Of a DNA stretch of 64,000 nucleotides, positions 1 to 10,520 are shown in pieces. Each line of letters opens with the position of its first letter. Within the stretch, counting starts at the first letter, position 1. The translations under genes and the position numbers were made by a program. The stretch is from an uncultured Clostridia bacterium (GTDB lineage Bacteria; Bacillota; Clostridia; Oscillospirales; Acutalibacteraceae), in the NCBI GenBank assembly GCA_947585965.1, contig CANPXK010000002.1:439-64438 (forward strand). Reading direction: 5' to 3'. Below the pieces are notes generated by a model. That model had not been told where the DNA came from and made no database searches. It saw only the letters and a program-made list of their open reading frames with translations.

Positions 1-3000
1 ATGCAGGAGGCATATGAACCCTTTCTCTCATGGATAAAACAACTGTATTTTAAATATTATTATCGTGTGCCGCTTGATGATTTTTTGGAAAAAACGGATG
101 TCTATTATCTTAGCCGCTCCACGATAAAAAGCTATATTATGCAGGGTGAGTGCGATAGGGCAGAGGATATAATTGTTGTGGAAGTAGAGTATGAGCGTAA
201 ACAGTTTATAAACTCACTTATAAATATCTTGACATTTATATCTAAAGAACATACATTGTTCGTGGTGCTTAACAAGCTCCATCTCGCCGAGGAAGGGACT
301 TTGAATTTCCTCTATCATTTTGTAAAACAAAACTATGATAATATCTCGCTTCTTGCAAATTATAATGAAGCATATGAAATGCCCTCATATACCTCGAAAA
401 TATGGTCGGAGCTTGTCCATAAAATTGAAGAACTGAATTATATGCTTGATTGGAACATTCAGGATTCGCAGGCGGAAGTTAATATTATGGAAAGCTTTGA
501 GCCAAAACTTTCCGATTTTTCAAATTATCTTATAAAGATAAATAATATGATTCTCACACTTTCCACAAAACAGGCATCTTATTACCTTGATGTGATATAT
601 AACAGACTGATAACCGAGCGGATCAATATAAACTCAAAAAATCTTGTCCGGTTTTATATCCTCTATGCGAATGCTGCTATTTATGAAGGAAATTATACAA
701 CAGCACTGAGTATGTGTGACAGACTGAAGAATGTGAATAACAGGCGTCCGAATGTAAAATATACCTTCAGCTATTATTATCTTCTTACGGTATGTGAGAT
801 TTATGGGGGTCAGCCGAGCCTTGCAAGAAAAAATTCGGAGAGGTGCAGGAAAATAGCACAGAAAAGCGGCTCGGAAAAATGTCTTTTGTATGCACAGATA
901 CTTGATTATATGTGTATGCTTGACGGTTGGATGTCATATACGCTGTGGCACGGTATAGTGGATGAAACCGAGAGTATAGACAGTTTCAAGGAAAAATGTA
1001 TTAAGCACAAGCTTTACAATCATCTTGCACATATCATGTTCTATGTATGCGGAAATAAGAAAAGCTATTTCTCGGGCGATGCGGAGAAGTGTGAAAACCA
1101 GCAGAATTTTGTAGAGGCAATGAATCTGGCAAAAATGCTGAAAAACGAAAGGCTCATGATTTCCGCATGGAAGAGAAATGTATTTCTTGCGCAAGGCTAT
1201 GGTTACTATTCCTTTGTTGATTATTACTATAAGAAATGTCTGGATATTATCGGGAATCAGAATGATAAGGCGGAAGAGGCTGCCATTTATAACGGACTTG
1301 GTTTCAATCGTATTGTAAGTGAGCAGTTTAATCAGGCAAATGATTATTTTAATCAGTCATTGGTGCTTTACTATAAGCTTAAGGATGCATACAGTGTTGC
1401 GGAAACTCTGTATAATATGGCGATAAATGCAATACTTTCGTTCAATTATGATGTTGCCTATAATAATCTTCTTCAGGTTCTTAAGCTGTTGAATTCAATA
1501 AAACAGTATCGTATGAGGATATGTAATATATCAAAAATATACGGAATGATAGTATACTGTAGCTATAAGACGGGAATTGAATATAATGCCCACTTTTATC
1601 TTGATAAGATGGAAAGGGTGCTATATCATCTTCTTCACTGTGACGGCGAACCTAATTATTATCTGTGGGACGATGATATGTTCTTCTACTATTTTTGCAG
1701 TGCATTACTTGAAAAGAGCGATAATATAGAAAAGGCTCAGGAATATATGGATAAGGCGAAAATCCATATGTATCGCTCGGAGGGTCTGCAGTTCTTCGTT
1801 TATGAGATGTTTGCTGAGGAACAGTATGATATGTATGTTGAGCAGGGGGAGATAGAAAAGGGAGAAGAGATTCTCAATGCCTGCATAGAGTTCTGCAACA
1901 AAAACGGCTATAAATATAAGGAAGAAAGGCTTTTTGCAAAGCTTCATAAAAAGGGATATATAGAAAAGCATATTCCTATTCATGTTCAGAAAATTGACAA
2001 ATATCAGATAGATGAACTTACACAGATTTCCGAAATGAAAGTAATGCTTGCTGACAGAACAAAGGGTATCAATTTCCTGCTTTCATGGCAGGAGCTTCTT
2101 AACAAGGCAAATATGACGGTTGAATCCATAATAGATGATTCCATGGTAATGCTCCAGAATAATTACAATGTTGACTACATTATGTATGTTGATGTTGTTG
2201 ACGGTGTGCCTGTTGTTAAATATAACAGCAGCGGTGTGGACATTACGAACGATCAGCTTGCGGAGGTAGCAGCTTATCTTAGAAAACATAAAAAGGAATT
2301 TGTATCATCAAGGTTAGACAGGGAGTTCTATGAATATACTCCTATTCTGAATATATACGGAATTAATAATATTATTTCTTTTGCCTGCGTTCCTGTCACA
2401 ACAAATGATGAGCTTTCAGGATTTATGATAGCCTGTATAGAGCTTCATGAAAATATGAGCAGCAGCATTACGACTTTTGACAGGGATGACCTGACGATAT
2501 TCAAATTTGCGGTTCGTCAGATGACTGATACGATCTATCGCCTTAAAGCAAGAGATGAGATAAATGCAATGAATGATAAGCTGCAAAAGAGTGCCGTTAC
2601 CGATTTGCTCACGGGTCTTTATAACCGTCAGGGCTTTACAAAAAATCTTGATGACTATAGGAATATGGTTATCAGCGGTAAGAAGGAAGATACGGAAGCG
2701 GCGGTCATATATCTGGATCTTGACAATTTCAAATATTATAACGATACATTCGGTCACGATATCGGAGATGAAGTTCTTATAGCATTTTCAAGGTTGTTTG
2801 AGAAGGTTGTGGGAACTAAGGGATATATTGTACGTTATGGCGGAGATGAGTTTGTTATTGTACTTCCCGGTCATGATGTGGACACGGGTGAGCAGATAGC
2901 AAAGGATATATACAAGGGTATCGAGGACAGCGACCATTTTGCATGGATCGTAAGTAATGCTGCGGATAAAAATGCGGAAATAGCAGAGAAGAATAAGGTG

Positions 3001-3168
3001 TCGTGTTCCATGGGAATAGCGGGAATGGATATTTATGATACGGCACATATGAACGATGCACTTAAACGTGCCGATAATATGCTTTATACAATAAAGAAAA
3101 ACGGTAAGTCTAATTATATGGTCTGGACAGAGGAGCATGAAGAAAATTCTGCTTTTCCTGAAGATTAA
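1..3168 (+). CDS. Large sensor diguanylate cyclase: helical-repeat (TPR/STAND-like) N-terminus plus C-terminal GGDEF domain. Possibly 5'-truncated by the window edge.
   Basis: The ORF is open from base 1. The C-terminal ~170 aa carry GGDEF-domain signatures (LTGLYNRQGF, DLDNFKYYNDTFGHDIGDEVL, RYGGDEFVIVLPG). There is no RxxD I-site just upstream of GGDEF. 'LFVVLNKLHLAEEGTLNFLYHF' near the N-terminus resembles the Walker-B region of STAND ATPase-TPR regulators, but no Walker A lies inside the window. Confidence 0.8.
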   Translation: MQEAYEPFLSWIKQLYFKYYYRVPLDDFLEKTDVYYLSRSTIKSYIMQGECDRAEDIIVVEVEYERKQFINSLINILTFISKEHTLFVVLNKLHLAEEGTLNFLYHFVKQNYDNISLLANYNEAYEMPSYTSKIWSELVHKIEELNYMLDWNIQDSQAEVNIMESFEPKLSDFSNYLIKINNMILTLSTKQASYYLDVIYNRLITERININSKNLVRFYILYANAAIYEGNYTTALSMCDRLKNVNNRRPNVKYTFSYYYLLTVCEIYGGQPSLARKNSERCRKIAQKSGSEKCLLYAQILDYMCMLDGWMSYTLWHGIVDETESIDSFKEKCIKHKLYNHLAHIMFYVCGNKKSYFSGDAEKCENQQNFVEAMNLAKMLKNERLMISAWKRNVFLAQGYGYYSFVDYYYKKCLDIIGNQNDKAEEAAIYNGLGFNRIVSEQFNQANDYFNQSLVLYYKLKDAYSVAETLYNMAINAILSFNYDVAYNNLLQVLKLLNSIKQYRMRICNISKIYGMIVYCSYKTGIEYNAHFYLDKMERVLYHLLHCDGEPNYYLWDDDMFFYYFCSALLEKSDNIEKAQEYMDKAKIHMYRSEGLQFFVYEMFAEEQYDMYVEQGEIEKGEEILNACIEFCNKNGYKYKEERLFAKLHKKGYIEKHIPIHVQKIDKYQIDELTQISEMKVMLADRTKGINFLLSWQELLNKANMTVESIIDDSMVMLQNNYNVDYIMYVDVVDGVPVVKYNSSGVDITNDQLAEVAAYLRKHKKEFVSSRLDREFYEYTPILNIYGINNIISFACVPVTTNDELSGFMIACIELHENMSSSITTFDRDDLTIFKFAVRQMTDTIYRLKARDEINAMNDKLQKSAVTDLLTGLYNRQGFTKNLDDYRNMVISGKKEDTEAAVIYLDLDNFKYYNDTFGHDIGDEVLIAFSRLFEKVVGTKGYIVRYGGDEFVIVLPGHDVDTGEQIAKDIYKGIEDSDHFAWIVSNAADKNAEIAEKNKVSCSMGIAGMDIYDTAHMNDALKRADNMLYTIKKNGKSNYMVWTEEHEENSAFPED

Positions 3169-3175
3169 TAATCCG

Positions 3176-3226
3176 TAAAAAGGGAGTTGACATGAGCACA
3201 TATTTGTGTCTGCAACTCCCTTAAAA
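3176..3226. terminator. Hairpin terminator between the convergent GGDEF gene and fba
   Basis: A 10-bp stem AAGGGAGTTG (3180-3189) pairs with CAACTCCCTT (3213-3222). The flanking A-run on the + strand gives a U-tract on the minus strand, i.e. for fba. Confidence 0.6.
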
Positions 3227-3360
3227 ACATGGAACCGCCGCACCAAATCCGCCAAAACGGGATGCGACAGCTCCATAATATTTACACTCCTGCTGTTCTC
3301 CCTGATCAACAAATTATTTGTTGTCCGGGAAAGTCGGAATGTGTTGTATAAACTATGAAA

Positions 3361-4227
3361 TTATGCTTTGCCGACTGAGCCGAAGAGCTCCATCTTTTCC
3401 TTAACGGTTGCCTTTATTGCCTCAAAGCCGGGAGCGAGAAGCTTTCTCGGGTCAAAACCCTTGCCCTGAAGATCCTTGCCATCCTCTATGTACTTCCTCG
3501 TTGCTGCCTGGAAAGCAAGCTGGCATTCGGTATTTACATTAATCTTTGAAACGCCGAGTGAAATAGCCTTCTTTATCATGTCGGCCGGTATACCTGTGCC
3601 GCCGTGAAGAACAAGAGGCATAGCTCCCGTAAGCTTCTGAACGGCATCGAGAGTTTCAAAGCTGAGTCCTTGCCAGTTTTCGGGATATTTGCCATGAATA
3701 TTGCCTATACCTGCGGCAAGCATTGTTACACCTAAGTCTGCAATCTGCTTACATTCTTTAGGATCCGCACACTCGCCCATGCCGACAACTCCGTCTTCCT
3801 CGCCGCCGATTGAACCAACCTCAGCCTCAATTGAAAGACCCTTTTCCTTGCAGATAGCAACAAGCTCCTTTGTCTTTTCTATATTTTCCTCAATCGGATA
3901 GTGGGAGCCGTCAAACATGATTGACGAGAAACCTGCTTCTATACATTTTTTTGCGCCCTCATATGAGCCGTGGTCAAGGTGAAGGGCAACGGGAACGGTA
4001 ATGTTAAGCTCCTCGAGCATACCGTTTACCATACCGACTACGGTCTTGTAGCCTGCCATATACTTTCCTGCGCCCTCGGACACACCAAGGATAACAGGCG
4101 AATTAAGCTCCTGAGCGGTAAGAAGGATAGCTTTTGTCCACTCAAGATTGTTGATGTTGAACTGACCTACTGCATAGTGGCCTGCCTTTGCTTTTGTAAG
4201 CATTTCTGCTGCGTTTACCAATGGCAT
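3361..4227 (-). CDS. fba: Fructose-1,6-bisphosphate aldolase, class II
   Basis: Class II FBA motifs are present (GQFNINN, HLDHG, GNIHG, LVLHGGTG). The ATG at 4227 has a GGAG 10 nt upstream. The GTG at 4236 in the ORF track sits too close to that GGAG. Confidence 0.93.
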   Translation of the reverse strand: MPLVNAAEMLTKAKAGHYAVGQFNINNLEWTKAILLTAQELNSPVILGVSEGAGKYMAGYKTVVGMVNGMLEELNITVPVALHLDHGSYEGAKKCIEAGFSSIMFDGSHYPIEENIEKTKELVAICKEKGLSIEAEVGSIGGEEDGVVGMGECADPKECKQIADLGVTMLAAGIGNIHGKYPENWQGLSFETLDAVQKLTGAMPLVLHGGTGIPADMIKKAISLGVSKINVNTECQLAFQAATRKYIEDGKDLQGKGFDPRKLLAPGFEAIKATVKEKMELFGSVGKA

Positions 4228-4569
4228 TAAAATCACGCTCCAATAATTAATAATAATTCAAGGTATAAATCCAAAAGGGAACACTTCCCCACAAAACATA
4301 CCCATCAAACCTTATTATACAGCAATAAAAGGAAAATATAAAGAGCATTTCTTCTATTTTTAAAATTTTTTTCATCCGCTATCCGTTATTCGATATAATT
4401 TACCAAAACTTTCTTACAAAATTATATATTTTGTATAATAATAAGAATATTTTCCCGCAATTATTGAATTAATTGACTGTGTATATAAATTAGTCGGTGA
4501 AAATCTTGACTTTTCATCAAAAAAGGGGTATTTTTATATAGTATAGTAAGTTATAAAGGAGATATACAG

Positions 4570-5766
4570 ATGCTTACGTTAGACAAAATATATCATGCCT
4601 CCTATGTTCTTAAGGAGGTTATCCGTCCTACGGATATGATCAGGGCAAATAATCTTTCGGACGAATGTGAGATTTACCTCAAAACAGAGAATCTTCAGGT
4701 TACAGGTGCATTCAAGGCAAGGGGAGCATATTATAAGATTTCTCAGCTTACCGAGGAGGAAAGGAAAAAGGGCGTTATAGCCTGTTCTGCCGGTAACCAT
4801 GCTCAGGGAGTTGCACTCGCTGCCGCACATCATAATATAAAGGCACTTATATGCATACCTAATTCCGCACCTATATCCAAGGTTGAGGCTACAAAAAGCT
4901 ACGGTGCCGATGTATGTCTGGTTGAGGGTACATATGATGATGCACATGACAAATCTGTTGAGCTGCAGAAGGAAACGGGAGCTACATTTATTCATCCCTT
5001 TGATGATGAGTTGGTCATTGCGGGTCAGGGTACGATAGGTCTTGAGATTCTTGACCAGCTTCCCGATGTTGACGCGGTGATCGTACCCATAGGCGGAGGC
5101 GGTCTTATAAGCGGTGTGGCCTATGCGGTAAAATCACTCAATCCCGATGTCAAGGTTTACGGAGTTCAGTCCGCAGGTGCTCCGTCAATGTATCTTTCAC
5201 TTGCACATGACAGTATAGAAACACTTGATACTGTCAATACTTTTGCTGACGGTATTGCGGTAAAGACTCCGGGTGAGTTGACCTTTGAGCTTTGCAAGAA
5301 ATATGTTGACGAGATAATTACGGTTACCGATGATGAGGTTGCAACCGCAATACTTACGCTTATTGAAAAACAGAAGCTTATTTCGGAGGGCGCAGGGGCA
5401 GTGGCTGTTGCTGCCGCATTGTTTGATAAGCTTCCGATAAAGGGCAAGAAGGTATGCTGCCTTGTATCGGGAGGAAATATTGATGTTACAATACTTTCGA
5501 GGGTAATTGACAGAGGTCTGCAAAAGACAGGAAGACTTGCCGAATTTACCATTGCCCTGACCGATAAGCCGGGTGAGCTTCAGACGGTGGCGAAGATAAT
5601 ATCAAAGCTCGGAGCAAATGTTGTTGCCGTAAGCCATGACAGAGCCGATCTCAACACGGATATAAATTCCTGTTATCTTCGTCTTTCGCTTGAAACAAGG
5701 AATCATGAGCATATACAGAAAATCAAGGACGAGCTTGCCAAAAAAGGATACCGTATAGTTCAGTGA
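4570..5766 (+). CDS. ilvA: Threonine ammonia-lyase (biosynthetic type with one C-terminal ACT-like domain)
   Basis: PLP fold-type II motifs are present (TGAFKARGA, SAGNHAQGVA, GGGGLISG). The C-terminal ~80 aa look like an ACT domain (LAEFTIALTDKPGEL). An AAGGAG RBS precedes the start. Confidence 0.88.
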   Translation: MLTLDKIYHASYVLKEVIRPTDMIRANNLSDECEIYLKTENLQVTGAFKARGAYYKISQLTEEERKKGVIACSAGNHAQGVALAAAHHNIKALICIPNSAPISKVEATKSYGADVCLVEGTYDDAHDKSVELQKETGATFIHPFDDELVIAGQGTIGLEILDQLPDVDAVIVPIGGGGLISGVAYAVKSLNPDVKVYGVQSAGAPSMYLSLAHDSIETLDTVNTFADGIAVKTPGELTFELCKKYVDEIITVTDDEVATAILTLIEKQKLISEGAGAVAVAAALFDKLPIKGKKVCCLVSGGNIDVTILSRVIDRGLQKTGRLAEFTIALTDKPGELQTVAKIISKLGANVVAVSHDRADLNTDINSCYLRLSLETRNHEHIQKIKDELAKKGYRIVQ

Positions 5767-5828
5767 TTTGTTTTTGTTTGTTTATCTGAATTGAATAGAA
5801 ACTCCATATGTTGTGCGGAGGTGAACGA

Positions 5829-6932
5829 ATGGGAAAGATTAAGAGGGGCGTAGGCGTTTTTCTGTGGCTTGTTTTTCTGATTTCCATTTGTGCAATCATA
5901 GCGTGGTACTGTTTCAATACGGATTTTTTCAAGAATGAGGAATCAGATGAGGAGGAAAGTATTCCGGAAGGCATACCCTCCATAGAATGGAATAATTCCT
6001 CCCCTGAAAAATCATATGAGGAATTATCTGTGCTTCTCAGTAATATGGAGTCAGAAATAGTTGTCATAAACTGTAAAAAAAATCCCGAATGGGAAGATAT
6101 ATGCATGAAAAATTTCTGGGTTGACAGCTTCAGTATATCGGGGGTAACCGGAGGTAATATAAAAACCTTCAGTTTTAAGTTCAAGGATGATGCCGCGGAT
6201 AATAAAACGATGCAGGTACAGATTGATAAAGAAGCCGATGATATAATTTCGCTCATCCCCGGAAATGCAGACGATTATGAAAAGGCACTGATAATTCATG
6301 ATGAGCTTATAAAGAGAATAGAATATGATGAAAGTGTCAGACTTAAACATAGCCATGATATATACGGTGCTTTTGTTGACCACAAGGCAGTATGCCAAGG
6401 ATATACCTATGCAATGATGTACATTGCGGGGAAAATAGGACTTGACTGTGAGGAACTGTCTTCCCAAACCCATATCTGGAACAAGCTTCCGGGATTTGAC
6501 AGCGGTGAATGTTATGTTGATATAACATGGGATGATATAGATAAAACGGATGCTGAGGGCAATCCTTATGTTATTCACGACAATTTCGCTCTTTCAAAGA
6601 GAGAAATGGAAAATCTTTCAGAGCATCAGCTTCTTGAGGATGAAAATGACATTGAAGAAAAAAGTTCTGAGGGCGATAATTTCTTCAAAAAGAACGGTTG
6701 GTATATTCCGAAGGGGGATTCGGCGGTATTGGAGCTTGCCGTAAAGGAACAGCTTGAAAGCGGCGGAAATACTATTGAACTGCGTTTTGAGGACAAAACC
6801 GACTATGACAATGCAAGAGAAACGGTTGATGAAATGCTCAGAAGAATGGGGTATGGGGATGCATATATCTCATGGCAGAACGAAAGTTTGCTTATATATA
6901 CGGTGGGACTGAATCCGCCGACAGAAGAATGA
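5829..6932 (+). CDS. Membrane-anchored transglutaminase-like (Cys protease fold) domain protein
   Basis: The protein has an N-terminal TM helix and a Cys-His-Asp core pattern (CQGYTYAMMY ... THIWN ... DITWDD). A GGAGGTG RBS precedes the ATG at 5829. Confidence 0.7.
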   Translation: MGKIKRGVGVFLWLVFLISICAIIAWYCFNTDFFKNEESDEEESIPEGIPSIEWNNSSPEKSYEELSVLLSNMESEIVVINCKKNPEWEDICMKNFWVDSFSISGVTGGNIKTFSFKFKDDAADNKTMQVQIDKEADDIISLIPGNADDYEKALIIHDELIKRIEYDESVRLKHSHDIYGAFVDHKAVCQGYTYAMMYIAGKIGLDCEELSSQTHIWNKLPGFDSGECYVDITWDDIDKTDAEGNPYVIHDNFALSKREMENLSEHQLLEDENDIEEKSSEGDNFFKKNGWYIPKGDSAVLELAVKEQLESGGNTIELRFEDKTDYDNARETVDEMLRRMGYGDAYISWQNESLLIYTVGLNPPTEE

Positions 6933-6979
6933 AAACAGCCGACTTTGTCGGATGTACATAAAGAAAGGAAATGATAATT

Positions 6980-7354
6980 ATGTCAGAAAAGATTTATACA
7001 GGAAATGCACCGGATGCTATTGGTCCTTATTCACAGGCTGTCAAGGTAAACGGTATTGTTTATACCTCGGGACAGATTGCAATTAATCCCGCGACAGGAA
7101 ATGTTGAGGAAACAACAATAGAGGGTCAGACCGAGCAGGTAATGAAAAATCTCAAGGCTGTCCTTGAGGCGGCAGGCTCATCACTCGAAAAGGCTGTGAA
7201 AACAGTATGCTTCCTTGCGGATATGAACGATTTTGCAAAATTCAACGAAATATACGGTAATTATTTTACGGGAAAGCCGGCACGTTCATGTGTTGCCGTA
7301 AAAACACTTCCGAAGAACGTACTTTGTGAGGTTGAAGTTATAGCAGAGTGTTAA
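6980..7354 (+). CDS. ridA: RidA/YjgF family reactive-intermediate deaminase
   Basis: About 124 aa with GPYSQAV, SGQI and ARSCVAV...EVE family signatures. The ATG at 6980 follows AAAGGAA. Confidence 0.88.
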   Translation: MSEKIYTGNAPDAIGPYSQAVKVNGIVYTSGQIAINPATGNVEETTIEGQTEQVMKNLKAVLEAAGSSLEKAVKTVCFLADMNDFAKFNEIYGNYFTGKPARSCVAVKTLPKNVLCEVEVIAEC

Positions 7355-7475
7355 TGTCCGTTGCCTGTAACCCGACCGGAAAACGAGTTATACAACACGG
7401 TCGGATGCAGGCGTCTGTAAAATGTAAAAACCTGATTTATGATTGACAGTGTCGGTTCGGCAACGGGAGAAAACA

Positions 7476-7967
7476 ATGAAATTTTGTTATGAGTGCGGTA
7501 CGGAATTAGTGCTGAGGGAACTTGAGGACGAGGGTATGATACCGTTTTGCGAAAGCTGCGGAGAGTATCGTTTTCCTGTTTTTTCAACAGCAGTGAGCAT
7601 GATAGTGCTTAACCGTGATAAGACTGAAATACTTCTCATACAGCAGTATGGAACGGAGAATAATGTACTTGTTGCGGGTTATGTCAATAAGGGTGAAAAT
7701 GCTGAAGAAGCCGCTGCAAGAGAGATATCGGAGGAGCTTGGTCTTGAGGTTGCGGAGCTTGGATATTGCAAAAGCGAGTATTTCCCGAAAACGAATACAC
7801 TTATGCTTAATTTCAGATGCACTGTAGATTCGGAATGTCTTGACGGAATAAACCGAAAGGAAATAGATAAGGCAGAATGGTTTCCGCTTGAAAAAGCGAG
7901 AGAAGCGATCATGCCCGATAGTCTTGCAAAGCGTTTTTTATGTAATTTTCTGGATAATCTTCAATAA
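7476..7967 (+). CDS. Nudix hydrolase with N-terminal zinc ribbon (NudC-like)
   Basis: CYECG...CESCG forms a zinc ribbon and GYVNKGENAEEAAAREISEELGL is a Nudix box. A GGGAGAA RBS precedes the ATG at 7476. Confidence 0.8.
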   Translation: MKFCYECGTELVLRELEDEGMIPFCESCGEYRFPVFSTAVSMIVLNRDKTEILLIQQYGTENNVLVAGYVNKGENAEEAAAREISEELGLEVAELGYCKSEYFPKTNTLMLNFRCTVDSECLDGINRKEIDKAEWFPLEKAREAIMPDSLAKRFLCNFLDNLQ

Positions 7968-8018
7968 ACGGGATTATCCGCTTATTTTTTGTAAAAATTA
8001 ATGATAGAGGGTCAGATT

Positions 8019-9392
8019 ATGATTACGGATATGACTGTGGGAAAGCCCGCGTCGGTTTTGTGGAAATTTTCTTTTCCTATGCTGATAAGCTCAATGTTTC
8101 AGCAGATTTATAATATAGCGGACAGTGCGATTGTAGGTCAGATATGCGGTGATGACGGACTTGCGGCAATAGGGGCATCATATTCCATAACGATGCTTTT
8201 TGTTGCGGCAGCACTTGGCTGCAACGCCGGATGCTCCGTTGTTATTTCTCAATTTTTCGGAGCTAAGCAATACAGTAAAACTAAAACCGCCATTAATACC
8301 TCATATATTTCGGTTTTAACTTTAAGTGTTGTACTGACAGTTGTGGGTTGTATATGCTGCCGTCCTGTTCTGAGCCTGCTGAATACACCGGAAAATATAT
8401 TTGCCGATGGTGCGGCTTATCTTGATATATATACATACGGACTTATTTTTCTGTTCTTATATAATATTTGTACAGGTATTTTTACGTCATTGGGGGATTC
8501 AAATACGCCGCTTGTTTTTCTGATAATTTCCTCCGTTCTTAATATAGGACTCGATTACTTATTCGTAGGTCCTCTCGGTCTGGGAGTTGCCGGTGCAGCA
8601 TGGGCAACATTTATAGCACAGGGTGCGGCAGGTCTTGCGGCTTTTTTTGTATTGAACGCCAGGGTTAAGAAAACGATAAAGGATGACGGACCGATTAATC
8701 ATTTTTCTTTTCCGATGTTCAAGAGAATATGTCTGGTTGCTGTTCCGAGTATTTTACAGAACAGCTTTGTGTCAGTGGGAAATCTTTTTGTACAGGTTGT
8801 TGTAAACGGTTTCGGCTCTGCCGTTATGGCGGGATATTCAGCAGCGGTCAAGCTCAATACATTTGCCGTAACCTGCTTTGCTACAATGTCAAACGGATTG
8901 TCCAACTATACCGCACAGAATATAGGAGCAGGAAAGCTTGCTCGTATACACAAGGGATATAAGGTATCGCTTCTCATGGTTCTGGCTATAACCGTTCCGT
9001 TTATTGTACTTTATGTATGGCGTGGGGACCTTGCCATGGCTCTGTTTATGAAATCCGACAGCCAAAAGGCTCTTGATGTCGGTATCCGGTTTTTGAGGAC
9101 AGTATCCATATTCTATCCTATGGTTGCAATCAAGCTTATGACAGACGGAGTACACAGAGGAGCGTGTGCAATGGTATGGTTCATGGCTTCAACTTTTCTT
9201 GATCTTATTGCACGTGTTATTTTATGTTTCTGGTTTTCAACGATATGGGGGGCTGCCGGCATATGGTATGCTTGGCCGGTGGGCTGGATTTTAGCAGCCA
9301 TACTTATTGTTTGCGCATACATGGGAGGTGCATGGATACCGAAACCGCTCAGAAAAAGAAAGAAAATAATTTCACATATGAATACAGAATGA
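8019..9392 (+). CDS. MATE family efflux transporter
   Basis: The hydrophobicity pattern suggests ~12 TM helices. 'LWKFSFPMLISSMFQQIYNIADSAIVG' is typical of NorM/MATE N-termini. A GAGGG RBS sits 7 nt before the ATG at 8019; the ORF is open from 8001. Confidence 0.85.
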   Translation: MITDMTVGKPASVLWKFSFPMLISSMFQQIYNIADSAIVGQICGDDGLAAIGASYSITMLFVAAALGCNAGCSVVISQFFGAKQYSKTKTAINTSYISVLTLSVVLTVVGCICCRPVLSLLNTPENIFADGAAYLDIYTYGLIFLFLYNICTGIFTSLGDSNTPLVFLIISSVLNIGLDYLFVGPLGLGVAGAAWATFIAQGAAGLAAFFVLNARVKKTIKDDGPINHFSFPMFKRICLVAVPSILQNSFVSVGNLFVQVVVNGFGSAVMAGYSAAVKLNTFAVTCFATMSNGLSNYTAQNIGAGKLARIHKGYKVSLLMVLAITVPFIVLYVWRGDLAMALFMKSDSQKALDVGIRFLRTVSIFYPMVAIKLMTDGVHRGACAMVWFMASTFLDLIARVILCFWFSTIWGAAGIWYAWPVGWILAAILIVCAYMGGAWIPKPLRKRKKIISHMNTE

Positions 9393-9540
9393 TTATTTAT
9401 ATTAGTAAAATTGACTATTCGGTACGCTCAAACATTGTATAAAATGTAAAAAATTAAATATTTTCAGAATTTACTTTTATTAATTTGTACTATATGTTAT
9501 AATAAACACGAAAATTATTTTGTATTGGAGGAATAAAACC

Positions 9541-10494
9541 ATGTATTATCTTGGAATTGACCTTGGGGGCACTAATATTGTTGCCGGAGTTGTTGATGAA
9601 GACGGCGGTATTATTTTAAAGGCAAGCTGCAAAACGACAAGACCATGTACGCAGGAAGCCTTATGTGATGATATGGCGGCTGTGGCTATGTCTGCACTTC
9701 AGAATGCAGGGCTTACGGTCAATGATATACAGTATGTGGGTATCGGTGCACCGGGTGCTGTAAACAGCAGTAGCGGAGTTATTGAATTTGCAAATAATTT
9801 CGGTTTCCACAACTGGGAAATTGTAAAGATGATGAAAGAGCGTCTGGGAACAGAGGTTTACGTTGAAAATGATGCGAATGCTGCCGCTTACGGCGAGTAT
9901 TGTGTGGGTGCCGCAAAGGATGCAAATGATGCGGTTGTGATTACTCTCGGCACAGGTGTCGGCGGAGGAATAATTGTTGACGGTATGATATACAGTGGTT
10001 CTAACTTTGCAGGAGCGGAAGTAGGACATATGGTCATACAGCATGGAGGACGTCTTTGTACCTGTGGAAGAAGGGGGTGTTGGGAGGCATATTCTTCTGC
10101 GACGGGTCTTATCAACATGACAAAGGAAGCCTGTGCAATGCCGAATGCGTCCGAATATCTTCTTTATAAGAGTATAGGCGGCGATCTTGACAAGATTGAC
10201 GGCAAGACGGCATTTGATGCCGCAAAGCAGGGTTGTCCTCTTGCAAAGTCGGTTATTGATGCATACATAGATTATCTCGGATGCGGTCTTGTTAATATTA
10301 TTAATTTATTCCAACCGGAGATACTTTGCATAGGCGGTGGTATAAGCAAGGAAGGAGATTACATCCTTGAGCCTGTCATGAAGATTATTGAGCGTGACCG
10401 TTACACGAAGCACAATGCAAATCAGACGAAGGTTTGCATAGCGCAGCTCGGCAACGATGCCGGCATAATAGGTGCAGCATTCCTTGGTAAGTGA
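9541..10494 (+). CDS. glcK: ROK family glucokinase
   Basis: IDLGGTN is the ATP motif and CTCGRRGCWEAYSS is the ROK zinc motif. A GGAGG RBS precedes the ATG at 9541. Confidence 0.88.
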   Translation: MYYLGIDLGGTNIVAGVVDEDGGIILKASCKTTRPCTQEALCDDMAAVAMSALQNAGLTVNDIQYVGIGAPGAVNSSSGVIEFANNFGFHNWEIVKMMKERLGTEVYVENDANAAAYGEYCVGAAKDANDAVVITLGTGVGGGIIVDGMIYSGSNFAGAEVGHMVIQHGGRLCTCGRRGCWEAYSSATGLINMTKEACAMPNASEYLLYKSIGGDLDKIDGKTAFDAAKQGCPLAKSVIDAYIDYLGCGLVNIINLFQPEILCIGGGISKEGDYILEPVMKIIERDRYTKHNANQTKVCIAQLGNDAGIIGAAFLGK

Positions 10495-10520
10495 TATACT
10501 AAGGAATTTATGACTGTTCT

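Noticed and set aside
4461-4515. ATTAATTGAC and AAATTAGTCGG upstream of ilvA, resembling pieces of the 47.7-kb repeat tail
   Set aside because: The matches are short and AT-rich, lie in a promoter region and overlap the -35 consensus. They cannot be told from chance without a genome-wide alignment.
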